DNA of 63,369 nt, the filler included, from an uncultured Methanosarcinales archaeon (GTDB taxonomy: Archaea; Nanobdellota; Nanobdellia; Woesearchaeales; CAIVOO01), in assembly GCA_964485195.1 (NCBI GenBank). It is 3 parts of 3 records of this genome, joined end to end, with 100 filler letters (N's around TTAATTAATTAA, not from the genome) between each part and the next. Parts side by side here need not be neighbours in the genome. Positions count along the whole stretch, not along the records: positions 1 to 31,454 come from CAZAIK010000005.1; 2 more parts are not named here. One strand, given 5' to 3'. Both the position numbers and the translations under genes were made by a program. Below are positions 15,961-26,600 of the stretch, one piece after another; positions within the stretch are counted from its first letter, which is position 1, and every line of letters starts with the position of its first letter. The notes below the pieces were generated by a model. The model was not told where the DNA came from. It ran no database searches and saw only the letters and a list, made by a program, of their open reading frames with translations.

Positions 15961-18039
15961 TCAGTAGTTGCAGAAGTCCGTGGGGCAGCCGCCGGAGAAG
16001 TCCGAATGCGCTGTCACCCTTTCCTCCTCGTTTATGTCCCTTGTGATTTCCGACCCGCTGTACAGCACCTGCTCTTTCCTTGATCCGTACCTGTAAATTG
16101 TAATGCCCTTGCATCCCAGCTGATAAGCCAGCAAATATGCCTTTTTCACCTCTTCCACCGTGGCATCGTGGGGGAGGTTGATTGTTTTTGACACTGCATT
16201 GTCCACGCTTTTCTGGAAAACAGCCTGCATCCTCACGTGCCATTCGGGCGGAATGTCCAGGGCTGTCTTGAAGATTTTCTTAACGTCGTCAGGAACCTCT
16301 TTCAAATCCTGGACAGATCCTGTCCTGGTAATCTTACTAATCAGCTCTTCTGAATAAAACCCTTTTTCCCTTGCAATTTCCTCAAACTCCCTGTTTGTTT
16401 CCACCAGCTGCGAGCCTCCGAGGACGTTTCTTACAAAAGAGACTGCAAACAGCGGCTCTATTCCTGAAGTGCATCCCGCAATTATGCTTATCGTTCCTGT
16501 GGGGGCGATTGTTGTGACAGTCGCATTTCTCATATTCTTGTAATGCCCTGCCAGCCTGCTCTTCTTGAACGCGGGAAAATTCCCCTTTTCCTCCCCCAGT
16601 TTTTCAGATGTTTTCTTGGCTTCCCTTTCTATGAATTCCATAACTCTTTTTCCTGTGTCCAGAGCATTCTCTGAATCGTAAGGGATTCCGAGTTTTATGA
16701 GCATTTCCGCAAATCCCATCGCTCCCAGGCCTATCCTCCTGTTTTTCCTGGTCATCTTCCTGATTTCAGGAAGCACATACTTGTTGATGTCTATTACACT
16801 GTCAAGGAACCTTACTGCCAGGTGAACTGTTTTTTTCAGCCTGACCCAGTTTATTTCATTCTTTTCATTGACAAAGTTAGCGAGATTGATGGAGCCGAGG
16901 TTGCACGATTCATAGGGGTGCAATGGCTGCTCACCGCAGGGGTTGGTGCTTTCTATTCTTCCGACATTGGGTGTTGGGTTTGAGCGGTTTACCCTGTCTA
17001 TGAACACCATCCCCGGATCGCCCGTGCGCCAGGCGCTTGAGACCATCATATTGAACAAGTCCTCAGCGTTTTTCCTTCCCTCTGGTTTTTTCGTCCTGGG
17101 ATTGGTTAATTCAATCTCCTTGCCCTTCTCGACATAATGCATGAACTTGTCAGAGGCTGCCACAGAAATGTTGAAATTGTTCAAAAAGCCCTCTTTTGTC
17201 TTGCAGGTGATGAACTCAACAACGTCGGGATGTTCTGCTTGAAGGACGCCCATATTGGCTCCTCTCCTTTTTCCCCCCTGCTTGATAACCTCTGTTGTCT
17301 CGTTGAAGATTCTCATAAAGGAAACAGGCCCTGAAGCAACTCCTTTTGTGGACTTTACAATGTCGCCCTTGGGCCTTAGCTTTGAGAATGAAAATCCGGT
17401 GCCTCCCCCGCTCTGGTGTATCAGCGCCATTGTCTTTACAGCGTCAAAAATGCTTTCCAGGGAGTCTTCAACAGGAATCACGAAACAGGCTGACAACTGC
17501 CCCAGCTTGGTGCCGGCATTCATCAGCGTGGGGCTGTTGGGCATGAAATCCCTCTTCACCATCATCTTGTAATAATCATCTTCATATTTTCTGTCAACAT
17601 CCACTGCCTTTGCAACCCTCCTGAAAAGCTGGGCAGGCGTCTCCATTATATCCCCTTTTTCATCCCTGAGCAGGTACCGGGCAGACAAGACCTTCATCGC
17701 GTTTAGTGAGAATTTCAGCTCGTCCTCTCCGAACAGCCTCTTGGCCTTTCTTATTTCCTGGCGCTTGTGCCTGTAAAGTATGTAAGCCTTGGCGACATCA
17801 GGCAGGTTGTGCTTGATAAGGATGCGCTCAACAGTGTCCTGAATTGTCTCAATATGAATTTTTTCCTTTCTTGACTTTTTTATTGAAGCAACAACATCCT
17901 TAGCCAGGATATTTGCAAGGTTTTTGTCTTCCTTTCCCACTGCTGCAAGAGCCTTGAGAATTGCTTCCCTTATTTTGGAAGAGTCAAACTTTACAGGCTT
18001 TCCGTCCCTTTTTATTACCTTTATCTCGCCTCCCGCCAT
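15961..18039 (-). CDS. nrdJ: Class II (adenosylcobalamin-dependent) ribonucleotide reductase with N-terminal ATP cone
   Basis: VIKRDG ATP cone; [38 protein letters not shown] and VSKTIN motifs; C-terminal Cys pair; next to cobO with no beta-subunit gene nearby. Confidence 0.9.
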   Translation of the reverse strand: MAGGEIKVIKRDGKPVKFDSSKIREAILKALAAVGKEDKNLANILAKDVVASIKKSRKEKIHIETIQDTVERILIKHNLPDVAKAYILYRHKRQEIRKAKRLFGEDELKFSLNAMKVLSARYLLRDEKGDIMETPAQLFRRVAKAVDVDRKYEDDYYKMMVKRDFMPNSPTLMNAGTKLGQLSACFVIPVEDSLESIFDAVKTMALIHQSGGGTGFSFSKLRPKGDIVKSTKGVASGPVSFMRIFNETTEVIKQGGKRRGANMGVLQAEHPDVVEFITCKTKEGFLNNFNISVAASDKFMHYVEKGKEIELTNPRTKKPEGRKNAEDLFNMMVSSAWRTGDPGMVFIDRVNRSNPTPNVGRIESTNPCGEQPLHPYESCNLGSINLANFVNEKNEINWVRLKKTVHLAVRFLDSVIDINKYVLPEIRKMTRKNRRIGLGAMGFAEMLIKLGIPYDSENALDTGKRVMEFIEREAKKTSEKLGEEKGNFPAFKKSRLAGHYKNMRNATVTTIAPTGTISIIAGCTSGIEPLFAVSFVRNVLGGSQLVETNREFEEIAREKGFYSEELISKITRTGSVQDLKEVPDDVKKIFKTALDIPPEWHVRMQAVFQKSVDNAVSKTINLPHDATVEEVKKAYLLAYQLGCKGITIYRYGSRKEQVLYSGSEITRDINEEERVTAHSDFSGGCPTDFCNY

Positions 18040-18083
18040 ATTTTAACAGAAAGGCTATTTATTTAAAAAACTTGTCTATAAGG

Positions 18084-18533
18084 TCACGTCTGCTCTATAT
18101 CAAAAGCATTCCACTGCTCTGCCGTGTTAATCTCCACTGTTTCCACGAATTTTTCCCTTGGCTTTATGTTCTCTATCAGGATTGTTTTGTTGATTACCTG
18201 TTTTCTGGCGTAATACAACGTCACGGTGATTTTGGCGTTCCCGCCGAATGTTTCCTTGTTTATGAAAGTCGCGTTGATGACTGCACGGCCGGGCTTTTTG
18301 TATGCCCCCCTCTCCCTTATTTCAAGCGAGACTTCTTTTTCTTCATCTGCGCCAGTTTCATCTTCAGGGATTACTTCTTCAACAGAAGGCGCTTCTGCAG
18401 GCTCTTCCCTTTCAATAATCTCGCTTATCTTCTGCGGGACATAAAGATGCCAGCCAAAACCTATCATAAACGTTGCCAGTATGAGAATTGCCACCAAGAC
18501 CACAAGGAAGATTGCCCGCTTCATATTAATCAT
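18084..18533 (-). CDS. Membrane-anchored protein with a small Ig-like domain
   Basis: N-terminal TM, acidic linker, beta-rich C-terminus; overlaps the upstream stop. Confidence 0.65.
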   Translation of the reverse strand: MINMKRAIFLVVLVAILILATFMIGFGWHLYVPQKISEIIEREEPAEAPSVEEVIPEDETGADEEKEVSLEIRERGAYKKPGRAVINATFINKETFGGNAKITVTLYYARKQVINKTILIENIKPREKFVETVEINTAEQWNAFDIEQT

Positions 18534-21500
18534 TGTCTCCTTTGTTTTTAAATATTTTTCTTCTTATCTCAAAGAATGTTACAGCTATGACCGCTACTAG
18601 AGTTATTATCATAACAGCCCAGGGCCAGTAGTTTTCATCCTCAGTAACTTTCCCTAGCTCCTTGGGCTGCTCCACAACTGGCTCTTCCTCCTGCTCCTCT
18701 TCAGTTACATTCCCTTCTGTGACAGCAACCTCTTCCTCCTCTTCAAAAGTTTCCTGCGTTGGCGGGACAAGCACTCCGCCGCCACCACCTGTTCCTCCGC
18801 CGCCTCCTGAGGGAGGAGGTGTTGGAGAAGGGGCTGTATAGGATTCCATTACCCCTGAATGGGCAAATCCTGAAACAGTGAATGTGTCATTTGTGACAGT
18901 GCATTGATAATTGCCGCTTGTTCCTGGACAGCTCAGTTTTGTGCAGTTGGCAGTCAGGGTTGAAAGCAGGAAATCCTTCTCATCAAGATAGCACACGGAA
19001 TTGCTGGACTGGTTGTTCCGCTCAAGATAAAGTGTTTTTGTCCCGTTAATGTTAAGGTTTCTTATTGAAATGTAATTGTTCGTCCCGTTCTTTCCTTTTT
19101 CTATTGAAACATTAACAAGGTTCAAGGACGATGAATTGAAATCCAGTGAAAAATTCACGAACAAAGTGCCGTTGTCATAAAACCTTACCTGCCTGGAGCC
19201 GTTGTATTGATTGTTCAAGTTTTCTGTGCCGTCTACGGTAATGTTCAGGTTGAAAGAAACATTAACATTGGTGAGGTTTCCTATGACGCTGTCGCAGGCG
19301 TCCCCTATTGAGTCATTGTCCAGGTCCTGCTGCGATGGATTGGACTTGAAAGGGCAGTTGTCCCTGAACAAAACCTTGTCAAAGTCCACATCAGCATATG
19401 AGTTTGTGTTTTGAATGTTGCCCCTGTACTGCGGCCATTCTGCCAGGGAGCTGTTGTAGGTTGAATTCAAGTCCCAGACCACAAGGGTTCCGCCGTTGTA
19501 GACTGCTTCGGGCCAGCGGTCTGTGAAATAAGCTGAAAGCGCTATCAGTTCCGCATCCCCGTCATTGTCAAGGTCTGCAATCAGGGGGGCTGATTCCTGA
19601 ATCCTGGAACGGTTGAAATAAGGATATCCAACTGTTGGATTGAAAGGATATCCAGGGGTAACTTGTCCCGTATCCAAATCGTAAGAATACACCCTTGACT
19701 CTGTGCCCATTCCTCCGTACAGCTGATGCCCGCTAACCAGCATTTCGTGTTTTGAATCGCCGTCAACATCCCCCATTGTGGGCCTGTGGTATATCTCATT
19801 GTATGGAATGTCCACAGGGAAGTTGGGAAAGTCCGAGCCGTTGCCCCTATATACTGAGATGTTTGCCCCTGTCTGTCCCCCGAACAGGAAGGGGATTGCT
19901 ATTATTTCAAGAATGTTGTCGCCGTCAAGATCTCCTGCGGCAAGGTTGGTAATCCACACCCCTCCAGAGCCCACAGGCCACCCTTCCACTGCTGAACTGT
20001 TATGGTGCAATGCCATCAACCCAGTCCCCCTTTTGTAAAAGACTATCTCCAGGTCCATATCCCCATCCAGATCTGCCATTGCTGTATAGAACACTTCACC
20101 GCCGCTGATGTTGTAGGGCCAGTTGGGCATTACAGAGCCGTTATGCCCATACAGGTATAGCATGTCAGTATTGACTGATGCTATAAGAATCTCTCCATAG
20201 CCATCCTTATCCACGTCGCCCATTACCGGGTAGGGGGTAAAATAAGTGTTTCTAAGATGACTGTCAGGAGATTTCCATTTCAAGGTGCCGTTATGCTCAT
20301 AGACAAACAAGTTATAGCCAGAAGAGAATGCCACTTCCAGATAACCGTCGTTGTCAATGTCATAAACCGAGGGATATGATTCCAGCAATGTTGCTGATAT
20401 GGTGACTGGCCAGCTGTCCATAATGGAGCCGTTGTGGTGCCTTACAATTATGGTATGCCTGTCTGTGTCAAGATATATTATTTCCAGGTCGCCGTCATTA
20501 TCCATATCACCTATTGTTACGCTTTTCCCCCACACGTGAGCGCTGGTCGGCTGTGGCCATCCTTCCATAATGCTTCCGTTATAGTGGAAGATGTAAACAC
20601 TCCGGTTTAAACTGGCCATTGAGCCGTCTCCGCTGTATATATAAGGGGAGTAAGAAGTTGCAACTATTATTTCAAGGTCGCCGTCATTGTCAACATCCGC
20701 AACCTTCGGGCTGGTGAAGGGAGTCCAGTCAAGCTGCTGTGGCCAGCCGTCCTGCAGCATCTTGTCCACCCTCAGGACAATTGATTTGTGAAATGGGGTG
20801 CTGGAATTTCCTATATGGATAGTAAGATTGATTGTGTAATTCCCATCAGGCAGACTGGTTGAATTGAAGAATCCCAGGGTGCCGTTCGTGATTGTGGTTT
20901 CAGAAAAGTTAATCAGGGTCCAGCTGGCATCGTTAACATTCCTGTACTGGATGGTGTAATTTTCAAAAGTCAGGTTTTCCGTCAGCGCCCTGCCTGTTAT
21001 TCCTGCTCCATCCTTGACTAATATGCCGCTGTCTGGCTTCGTAACCTCATAGTTATTAACATCCTTGATAAGATAGTCATAGCTTGTGGAGTTCTGCCCG
21101 TGAACTGCAAGCCTTAAGACGTGCTCTCCCTCCCCCGCACTTCTTGTGTCCCAGACAAAAAGGAGAGATTCGTTCTTTTGGGCGTTTGAGTGGTTAAGGG
21201 TTTTCCATATGCTGGTGCCTGTGGCGCTTCCCTCGTATGCTATGAAAAGGTCAGAAAAAACCAGGGTGCCGTTTGTGGAATTTATTATTATGGGGACTGT
21301 GCAGTTTCCTGCTGAATCTGCCGGGCAGAACTCCAGAAAATTGTTCAGTTCTGAGGCAAATCCGTAGGAGAAAGTCTCTGAATGGTTGAAGTAAAAGTTT
21401 CTTATGAGCCTGAATGCCATGTCATTGTACAAATGGCCCGACGGCCAGGTTGCTCCCCAGTCTGAAGAGAACCTTATCCTTCCATCTGGATAATCAGTGG

Positions 21501-23607
21501 AAGCACGGTACCACCTGTAAGAGCCTGCGTCCCTTGTTTTCAGCTTGACAATGAGCCAGTATATCCCTGATGATAGGTTCAGGTTGTTTGTTTTTGACAA
21601 TGTCCATCCCGGGCTTGCTGAAATGTTCTCAGCAGGCATTGTCTTATTATACTCAACATTTCCGCTTGGCCTGTCAAAACCGGACTGGTCTGTTTGTATC
21701 TCTACTAAAATTCCATCCCCGCTGTTTGACTTTTCCAGGAACAGGCTTATCCCTTCCACTTCTCCTCCTGACCAGTTGAACTTCTGGGCCACGCTTTCAT
21801 TCCCTTGTATGTTGTACGAGTTAGCTGATTCGCCTGTCCTTATTCCTGAAAATCCTTCCCAGTCTAAATCCCCGTCGCCTCCCACGTCAATTCGCGGGGA
21901 GTAAGGATAGGTGTTGGAATTGTTAAGGCCTTTTATTGACATCTGGGCTTCAGCTATGTCCACAAGTTTTGGGATGGTTAGGTAAAGTGTTTTTACTTCC
22001 TCTCCTGAGAAACTTTTGTTAGTAACATTAAGCAGGCCGCCCCCCTCTGTTGGGAAATGTGTTATGTTTCCCGAACTGGCAGATATTGCGGTGCTCAAGC
22101 TTATTGTGTAATTTATGAAATTGTCGCATAAAGCTGTCCCGTTCAAGGTGATAATTCCGGACACTTCCTTTGTTATGTTGTAGGTGTAAAACTCTGCAGT
22201 GCAGGGCCTGGAGGACAGGTTTACAGCTGCCAATGCATTTACCCTGCCGTGCCCCTGCGACGTCAGCTCAAATCCCACATCCTCAGCAGTATTTCGCAAT
22301 GCCATCTTGACATCAATGGGAGTCCAGTTCTTGTGCATCTGAAGCATTAATGCAGAAACCCCGGAAACGTGGGGAGCTGCCATGCTTGTTCCTGAAATTG
22401 CAGTGTGCTCGCTATCATAGCATTGATAGCTGCTCCAGGCATTGTTCCACTGCGCAGAGCATATGGAAAATCCAGGGGCAAGCACGTCCGGCTTTATTGT
22501 TCCTATGCCTGTCGGCCCTCTTGAGCTGAAGGAGGCAATTCCATCAGACTTTGTTGAAGCTCCCGCAGTTATCGCCTTTCGTGAAGCGCCCGGAGAGTTG
22601 ATTGTGCCCTCTACAGGGCCGTTGTTTCCCGCAGATATCACAACAACCATTCCTGCATTGACAGCGTTGTCTGCAGCCAATGATAAGGTGGAGTCAGGGC
22701 CTCCGCTTCCTCCCAGGCTCATGCTCAGAATGCTGTAATTGTTTGCCGCGGCATCGTCCATAGCGGCGAGAATGTCGCTGCTGGGGCATCCGCCGCTGGA
22801 ACTGCAAACCTTGTAAGCAACTATCCTGGCGTCGGAGGCCACTCCTTTCAAGGTTCCGTTTCCTGCTGCAATGCCCGCCACGTGGGTTCCGTGGCCTTTG
22901 TCATCCATAGGGTCGTTGTCGTTATTGTAAAAATCATAGCCTCCAATCACCTTGGCGCAATTGCCGGCCAGGAAGGTGTCATTTGAGCAGCTTCCGAAAT
23001 CCGTGTGGCTGTAGTCCACTCCTGTATCTGCTATTGCTATTGTTATGTTCTGGCCAGTGACATACCTTCCGTCCTCATCTGTCAAGAGCCAGGTCAGGTT
23101 GGCCTTGATGAGGGGCACAGAATCATCCAGGGTGATGTTGTATATCCTGGAAGGCGAAACCTTTTTGACATAAGGGAGGCTTTCTATCTCAAGGGATTCA
23201 TAAAGAGTTGCATTAACTGCCATTCCGTTGAATATGTATTTGTATTCCTTCAGGACAAAATCTTCAGAACCTGACTGGGTTTGAAATTCGTCCTTTCCCA
23301 ATATTCCAGCGATGTCCTGCTTCGCCATATCGTGCTGCTCATTTATCCTGTCCATACTTTGCTGGCTTTGAACGCTGTATTCAAAAAAAGCAGGCTCTTT
23401 TAATTCCACGATATGGACCTTTTTTTCATACTGGGAAAATGCCGCTTTTATCTCTTCAGGGGTTTGCTCATCCCCAAAAGCTTCTTGTTCAAGAACTGCC
23501 TTAGAGGTTACCTTTTCCAAGTCCCTTCCTGAAAAGTCAGTTATCAGGACTAAAGAAACTACAGCAATTATGAGCAAGAATAAAAATGCCAGGTTTGACT
23601 GCCTCAT
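18526..23607 (-). CDS. Cell-surface S8 subtilase with FG-GAP repeats, TSP3-like repeat and C-terminal TM
   Basis: Catalytic DTGVD, HGTHVAG and GTSMAAPHV; multiple DxDxDGxxE repeats; DNCP..SNP.Q.D.DND.IGDACD; Gly/Pro linker and TM. Confidence 0.9.
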   Translation of the reverse strand: MRQSNLAFLFLLIIAVVSLVLITDFSGRDLEKVTSKAVLEQEAFGDEQTPEEIKAAFSQYEKKVHIVELKEPAFFEYSVQSQQSMDRINEQHDMAKQDIAGILGKDEFQTQSGSEDFVLKEYKYIFNGMAVNATLYESLEIESLPYVKKVSPSRIYNITLDDSVPLIKANLTWLLTDEDGRYVTGQNITIAIADTGVDYSHTDFGSCSNDTFLAGNCAKVIGGYDFYNNDNDPMDDKGHGTHVAGIAAGNGTLKGVASDARIVAYKVCSSSGGCPSSDILAAMDDAAANNYSILSMSLGGSGGPDSTLSLAADNAVNAGMVVVISAGNNGPVEGTINSPGASRKAITAGASTKSDGIASFSSRGPTGIGTIKPDVLAPGFSICSAQWNNAWSSYQCYDSEHTAISGTSMAAPHVSGVSALMLQMHKNWTPIDVKMALRNTAEDVGFELTSQGHGRVNALAAVNLSSRPCTAEFYTYNITKEVSGIITLNGTALCDNFINYTISLSTAISASSGNITHFPTEGGGLLNVTNKSFSGEEVKTLYLTIPKLVDIAEAQMSIKGLNNSNTYPYSPRIDVGGDGDLDWEGFSGIRTGESANSYNIQGNESVAQKFNWSGGEVEGISLFLEKSNSGDGILVEIQTDQSGFDRPSGNVEYNKTMPAENISASPGWTLSKTNNLNLSSGIYWLIVKLKTRDAGSYRWYRASTDYPDGRIRFSSDWGATWPSGHLYNDMAFRLIRNFYFNHSETFSYGFASELNNFLEFCPADSAGNCTVPIIINSTNGTLVFSDLFIAYEGSATGTSIWKTLNHSNAQKNESLLFVWDTRSAGEGEHVLRLAVHGQNSTSYDYLIKDVNNYEVTKPDSGILVKDGAGITGRALTENLTFENYTIQYRNVNDASWTLINFSETTITNGTLGFFNSTSLPDGNYTINLTIHIGNSSTPFHKSIVLRVDKMLQDGWPQQLDWTPFTSPKVADVDNDGDLEIIVATSYSPYIYSGDGSMASLNRSVYIFHYNGSIMEGWPQPTSAHVWGKSVTIGDMDNDGDLEIIYLDTDRHTIIVRHHNGSIMDSWPVTISATLLESYPSVYDIDNDGYLEVAFSSGYNLFVYEHNGTLKWKSPDSHLRNTYFTPYPVMGDVDKDGYGEILIASVNTDMLYLYGHNGSVMPNWPYNISGGEVFYTAMADLDGDMDLEIVFYKRGTGLMALHHNSSAVEGWPVGSGGVWITNLAAGDLDGDNILEIIAIPFLFGGQTGANISVYRGNGSDFPNFPVDIPYNEIYHRPTMGDVDGDSKHEMLVSGHQLYGGMGTESRVYSYDLDTGQVTPGYPFNPTVGYPYFNRSRIQESAPLIADLDNDGDAELIALSAYFTDRWPEAVYNGGTLVVWDLNSTYNSSLAEWPQYRGNIQNTNSYADVDFDKVLFRDNCPFKSNPSQQDLDNDSIGDACDSVIGNLTNVNVSFNLNITVDGTENLNNQYNGSRQVRFYDNGTLFVNFSLDFNSSSLNLVNVSIEKGKNGTNNYISIRNLNINGTKTLYLERNNQSSNSVCYLDEKDFLLSTLTANCTKLSCPGTSGNYQCTVTNDTFTVSGFAHSGVMESYTAPSPTPPPSGGGGGTGGGGGVLVPPTQETFEEEEEVAVTEGNVTEEEQEEEPVVEQPKELGKVTEDENYWPWAVMIITLVAVIAVTFFEIRRKIFKNKGDND

Positions 23608-26600
23608 TTACCATTATTCTTCTTTTTTGGAATCTTGGGTTTTTTATAATATTCATAAAGTATTATTCCCACTACTAACAGGGCAATTACCGCTACGGTA
23701 ACTGGCATAACCCATCTTGGCAGTGACGGTTCAACCTCAGGCGCGGGTTTTTCCACAACAGGCGGTGCAGGCGAAGGCTCTTCTTCTGCTGGCACTTCCT
23801 CTTCTGGTTCGGCAGGCACAATTTCCTCAGTCACATTCTTAGTGACGTTCCTTTCAAAGGAGCCTATAGTTGGGGGGAGGTTCACGCTTGTTCCCCCTCC
23901 TCCAGTCTTCTTTGCTTTTGTTGATATTGTGAAACTGAATGTTCCTGTGAAGTGCGTTCCATTAATCCTGGAGCCCTCAATCCAGGGGATTATGTTAACC
24001 TTGTAATTTCCTGTGGCAGTGGGCCAGTTGTCTATGGAAACTGTTGAAGCAGAGCTTTTCTTTGTAGCCACGAGCGCGCCGCTCGCGTTATTGTAAACCT
24101 CGTAATTCACAGGCACAGAAGCGTCCTGCCTGTTCCAGCTGATGGAGTCGATGAAGCTGCCGGTTGTGAGGCTTACCTGTCCGCAGTCCCCTGAAGCTGG
24201 GGTCAGGCTTTCCTCATAGAAATTACCCTGATTTCCCACGCAGTAGCTGGTGTTTGTGCCGCTGTCATTCACTCCCTGGGATATGAAAGCGTTGTTCCAC
24301 AATGTTGTAAAATTAGATCCGTTGATTAAAAGGTCGTAAGCAGTGCCCTTAAGTATGTTTCCGGAGATATTTGACAGGTTGGAATTATAAACCTGAAGTG
24401 CGTAGGATGCGTTGCTTATGTTGGCGCTGCTTAAGCTTAACCCTTGCGAATTTTTTACAAAAATTCCAAAGCCTGTGTTGGAAAAGCTGTTTCCATTGAT
24501 GTTCCTAACACTGCTCCCAAGGGTAGCGTTTTCCACTAGAATGGCATAGTCCAGGTTCTCAAACATATTGTTCAAGGCGTTGGAAAAGCTTGAATTGCTT
24601 ATTAATATGCCGGTGGTGGAGTTTGCAAAGTAATTGTCCTCTACTGATATGCCTTCCTTGGAGGAGTTTATCAAGACTGTTGATATGTTTATGAAATCGT
24701 TGTTTTTCAGGTTTATGCTGCCGTTCTGAAGTTTCAGGATGCTTATTCCTGAATTGAGCACTGTGTTGTTCTCTATTGACAATGTTCCGCTCGCATCGTG
24801 GACAGAATAAAAACCTCCTGCCTTAAGAGTAATCCCAAAAGAGGTAAGGTCTGTATAGCCTGATATGACATTGTCGTGGATGATGTTATCTCCTTCTGCA
24901 GAAATGAAGCAATTAGCAGAATTGTTGAAAATCCTGGTGTTACGGCCGTCCGTGATGACGGTCGCGATAAAGCAGTTGTTAAAGCTGTTGTTGTAGATAA
25001 AGCTGTCATTGGCCTCATTGCTGATTCTTATGGTTCCCCACCCGTGGTACATATTATTAAAAACATTGTTTGAAATGTTAAGATTCCTGACGTAACCAGC
25101 AGATATGAGAAACAGGCTAAAGCTGTTGTTGAAAAAGCTGTTGGTAATGGTGATGTTTTCACTATAACCTGACGGGCCAAAAAGCTCACTAAAATGACGT
25201 ATCAAGGTCCTGTTGCCAAGCTCCCCTGAATCAGTTATGTTATCAAATGTTAAGTTATGGACATTGTTCCACCTAATGTCTGTAGAATAAAATGTGGAAT
25301 CTTTAATAAGGATATTTCTTGAAAGGCTATTAATGTATATGCCCCTGTCAGGCCCCGTTAAGTTAACATTTTCAATTAAAAGCCCATCTGTGTACTTGTT
25401 AATATAGATGTTGCTGTAAAGGCTTCCCCCATAGGATTCGTTGGAATTCCATATTGTAATGTTCCTTAATGTTGTGTTGGTTGCGTTCCAGACTATGAGT
25501 CCCCTGAAATAGTCTGAAATCCTGCAGTTCTGAACCGTGGTGTTGGCTGCCGCGCCGCTAGAGGGTGAGCCTACGGAGATGGCATTCCCTCCCTTGTTAG
25601 TCACACCGTATAAATAGGAGTTGTTGCAGTCAAGCACCAAGTCCTGGGAACCTGGAGGAACTTCCACTAATTCATCTGCATAATCATCTGTGCACAGTGT
25701 CTCTTTCTTTATCAGGGAAGCATCAATAGTATAGCTGGTGCCTGAAACCTTTGTCAGGTTAATGCAGGAGAACGCAACATCATATGTGTCATTTTGTCTT
25801 GAGTGCGTGTCCTGCACAGTTGAGTTGCCAGTCACGGTGTAAAGGTATGTGCCGTTGTATGTTGTCATGCTATTATTAGTGTATTCCCACACTCCTGTTG
25901 CTGAGTTATAGCCCATATCGTGAGTGCCTCCCAGAGATTCAAAGTCAATGGTAACATTAGCTTCAGAGTCGTTAATGGAGTGTCCTGTTGAGTTGGTGAA
26001 GTTGGCGTAAAATGTTATGTTGTCCGCACGGAGAATGGTTGCGGTGTCTGAGCTGTCCCTGATGAGAAGAGGGGCGTTAAACTGCAGTATTCCGTAAGTG
26101 CTGCTTGGCTGTAGACTGCTGATTGTTAACTTGTTGTTTGCAGTGTCGAGCGTTGCTCCTGTGTCAAAGCTGCCTGAGCTGTTCCAGACCCACAATTCAA
26201 AAAAGCTCTCATAATATCCTGATAGTTCCGCGTCATTCCACTTCCATTCAGCTGACTCTATTGTCGGGCTTCCTGATGTCTCAATCTTAATGAACTTGTT
26301 TTCAAAGCTGGCGTAGACTGACGGAATAGCTGGCGGGGATGACCAGTTAATGTAATATTCATCGCCTGCTCCCCCCGCATTGTCATCAATGCCCAGCACA
26401 GTATAATTGATTAATGTTCCTGCCGGGTTGAGGAAGTAATTGTTGGTGAGGTTATAGATGAAAGGGCGGGAGATGTAGTTGATTGAAACATCCTTCTTAT
26501 TGTTGTAAAACCTGTTGCCTGTCAACAGGGAGCTGTTGGCATCCTCCACTTCAACACCTATGCCCCCTGAGCCCGCATTGCCAAAGATTGAGTTATTAAC

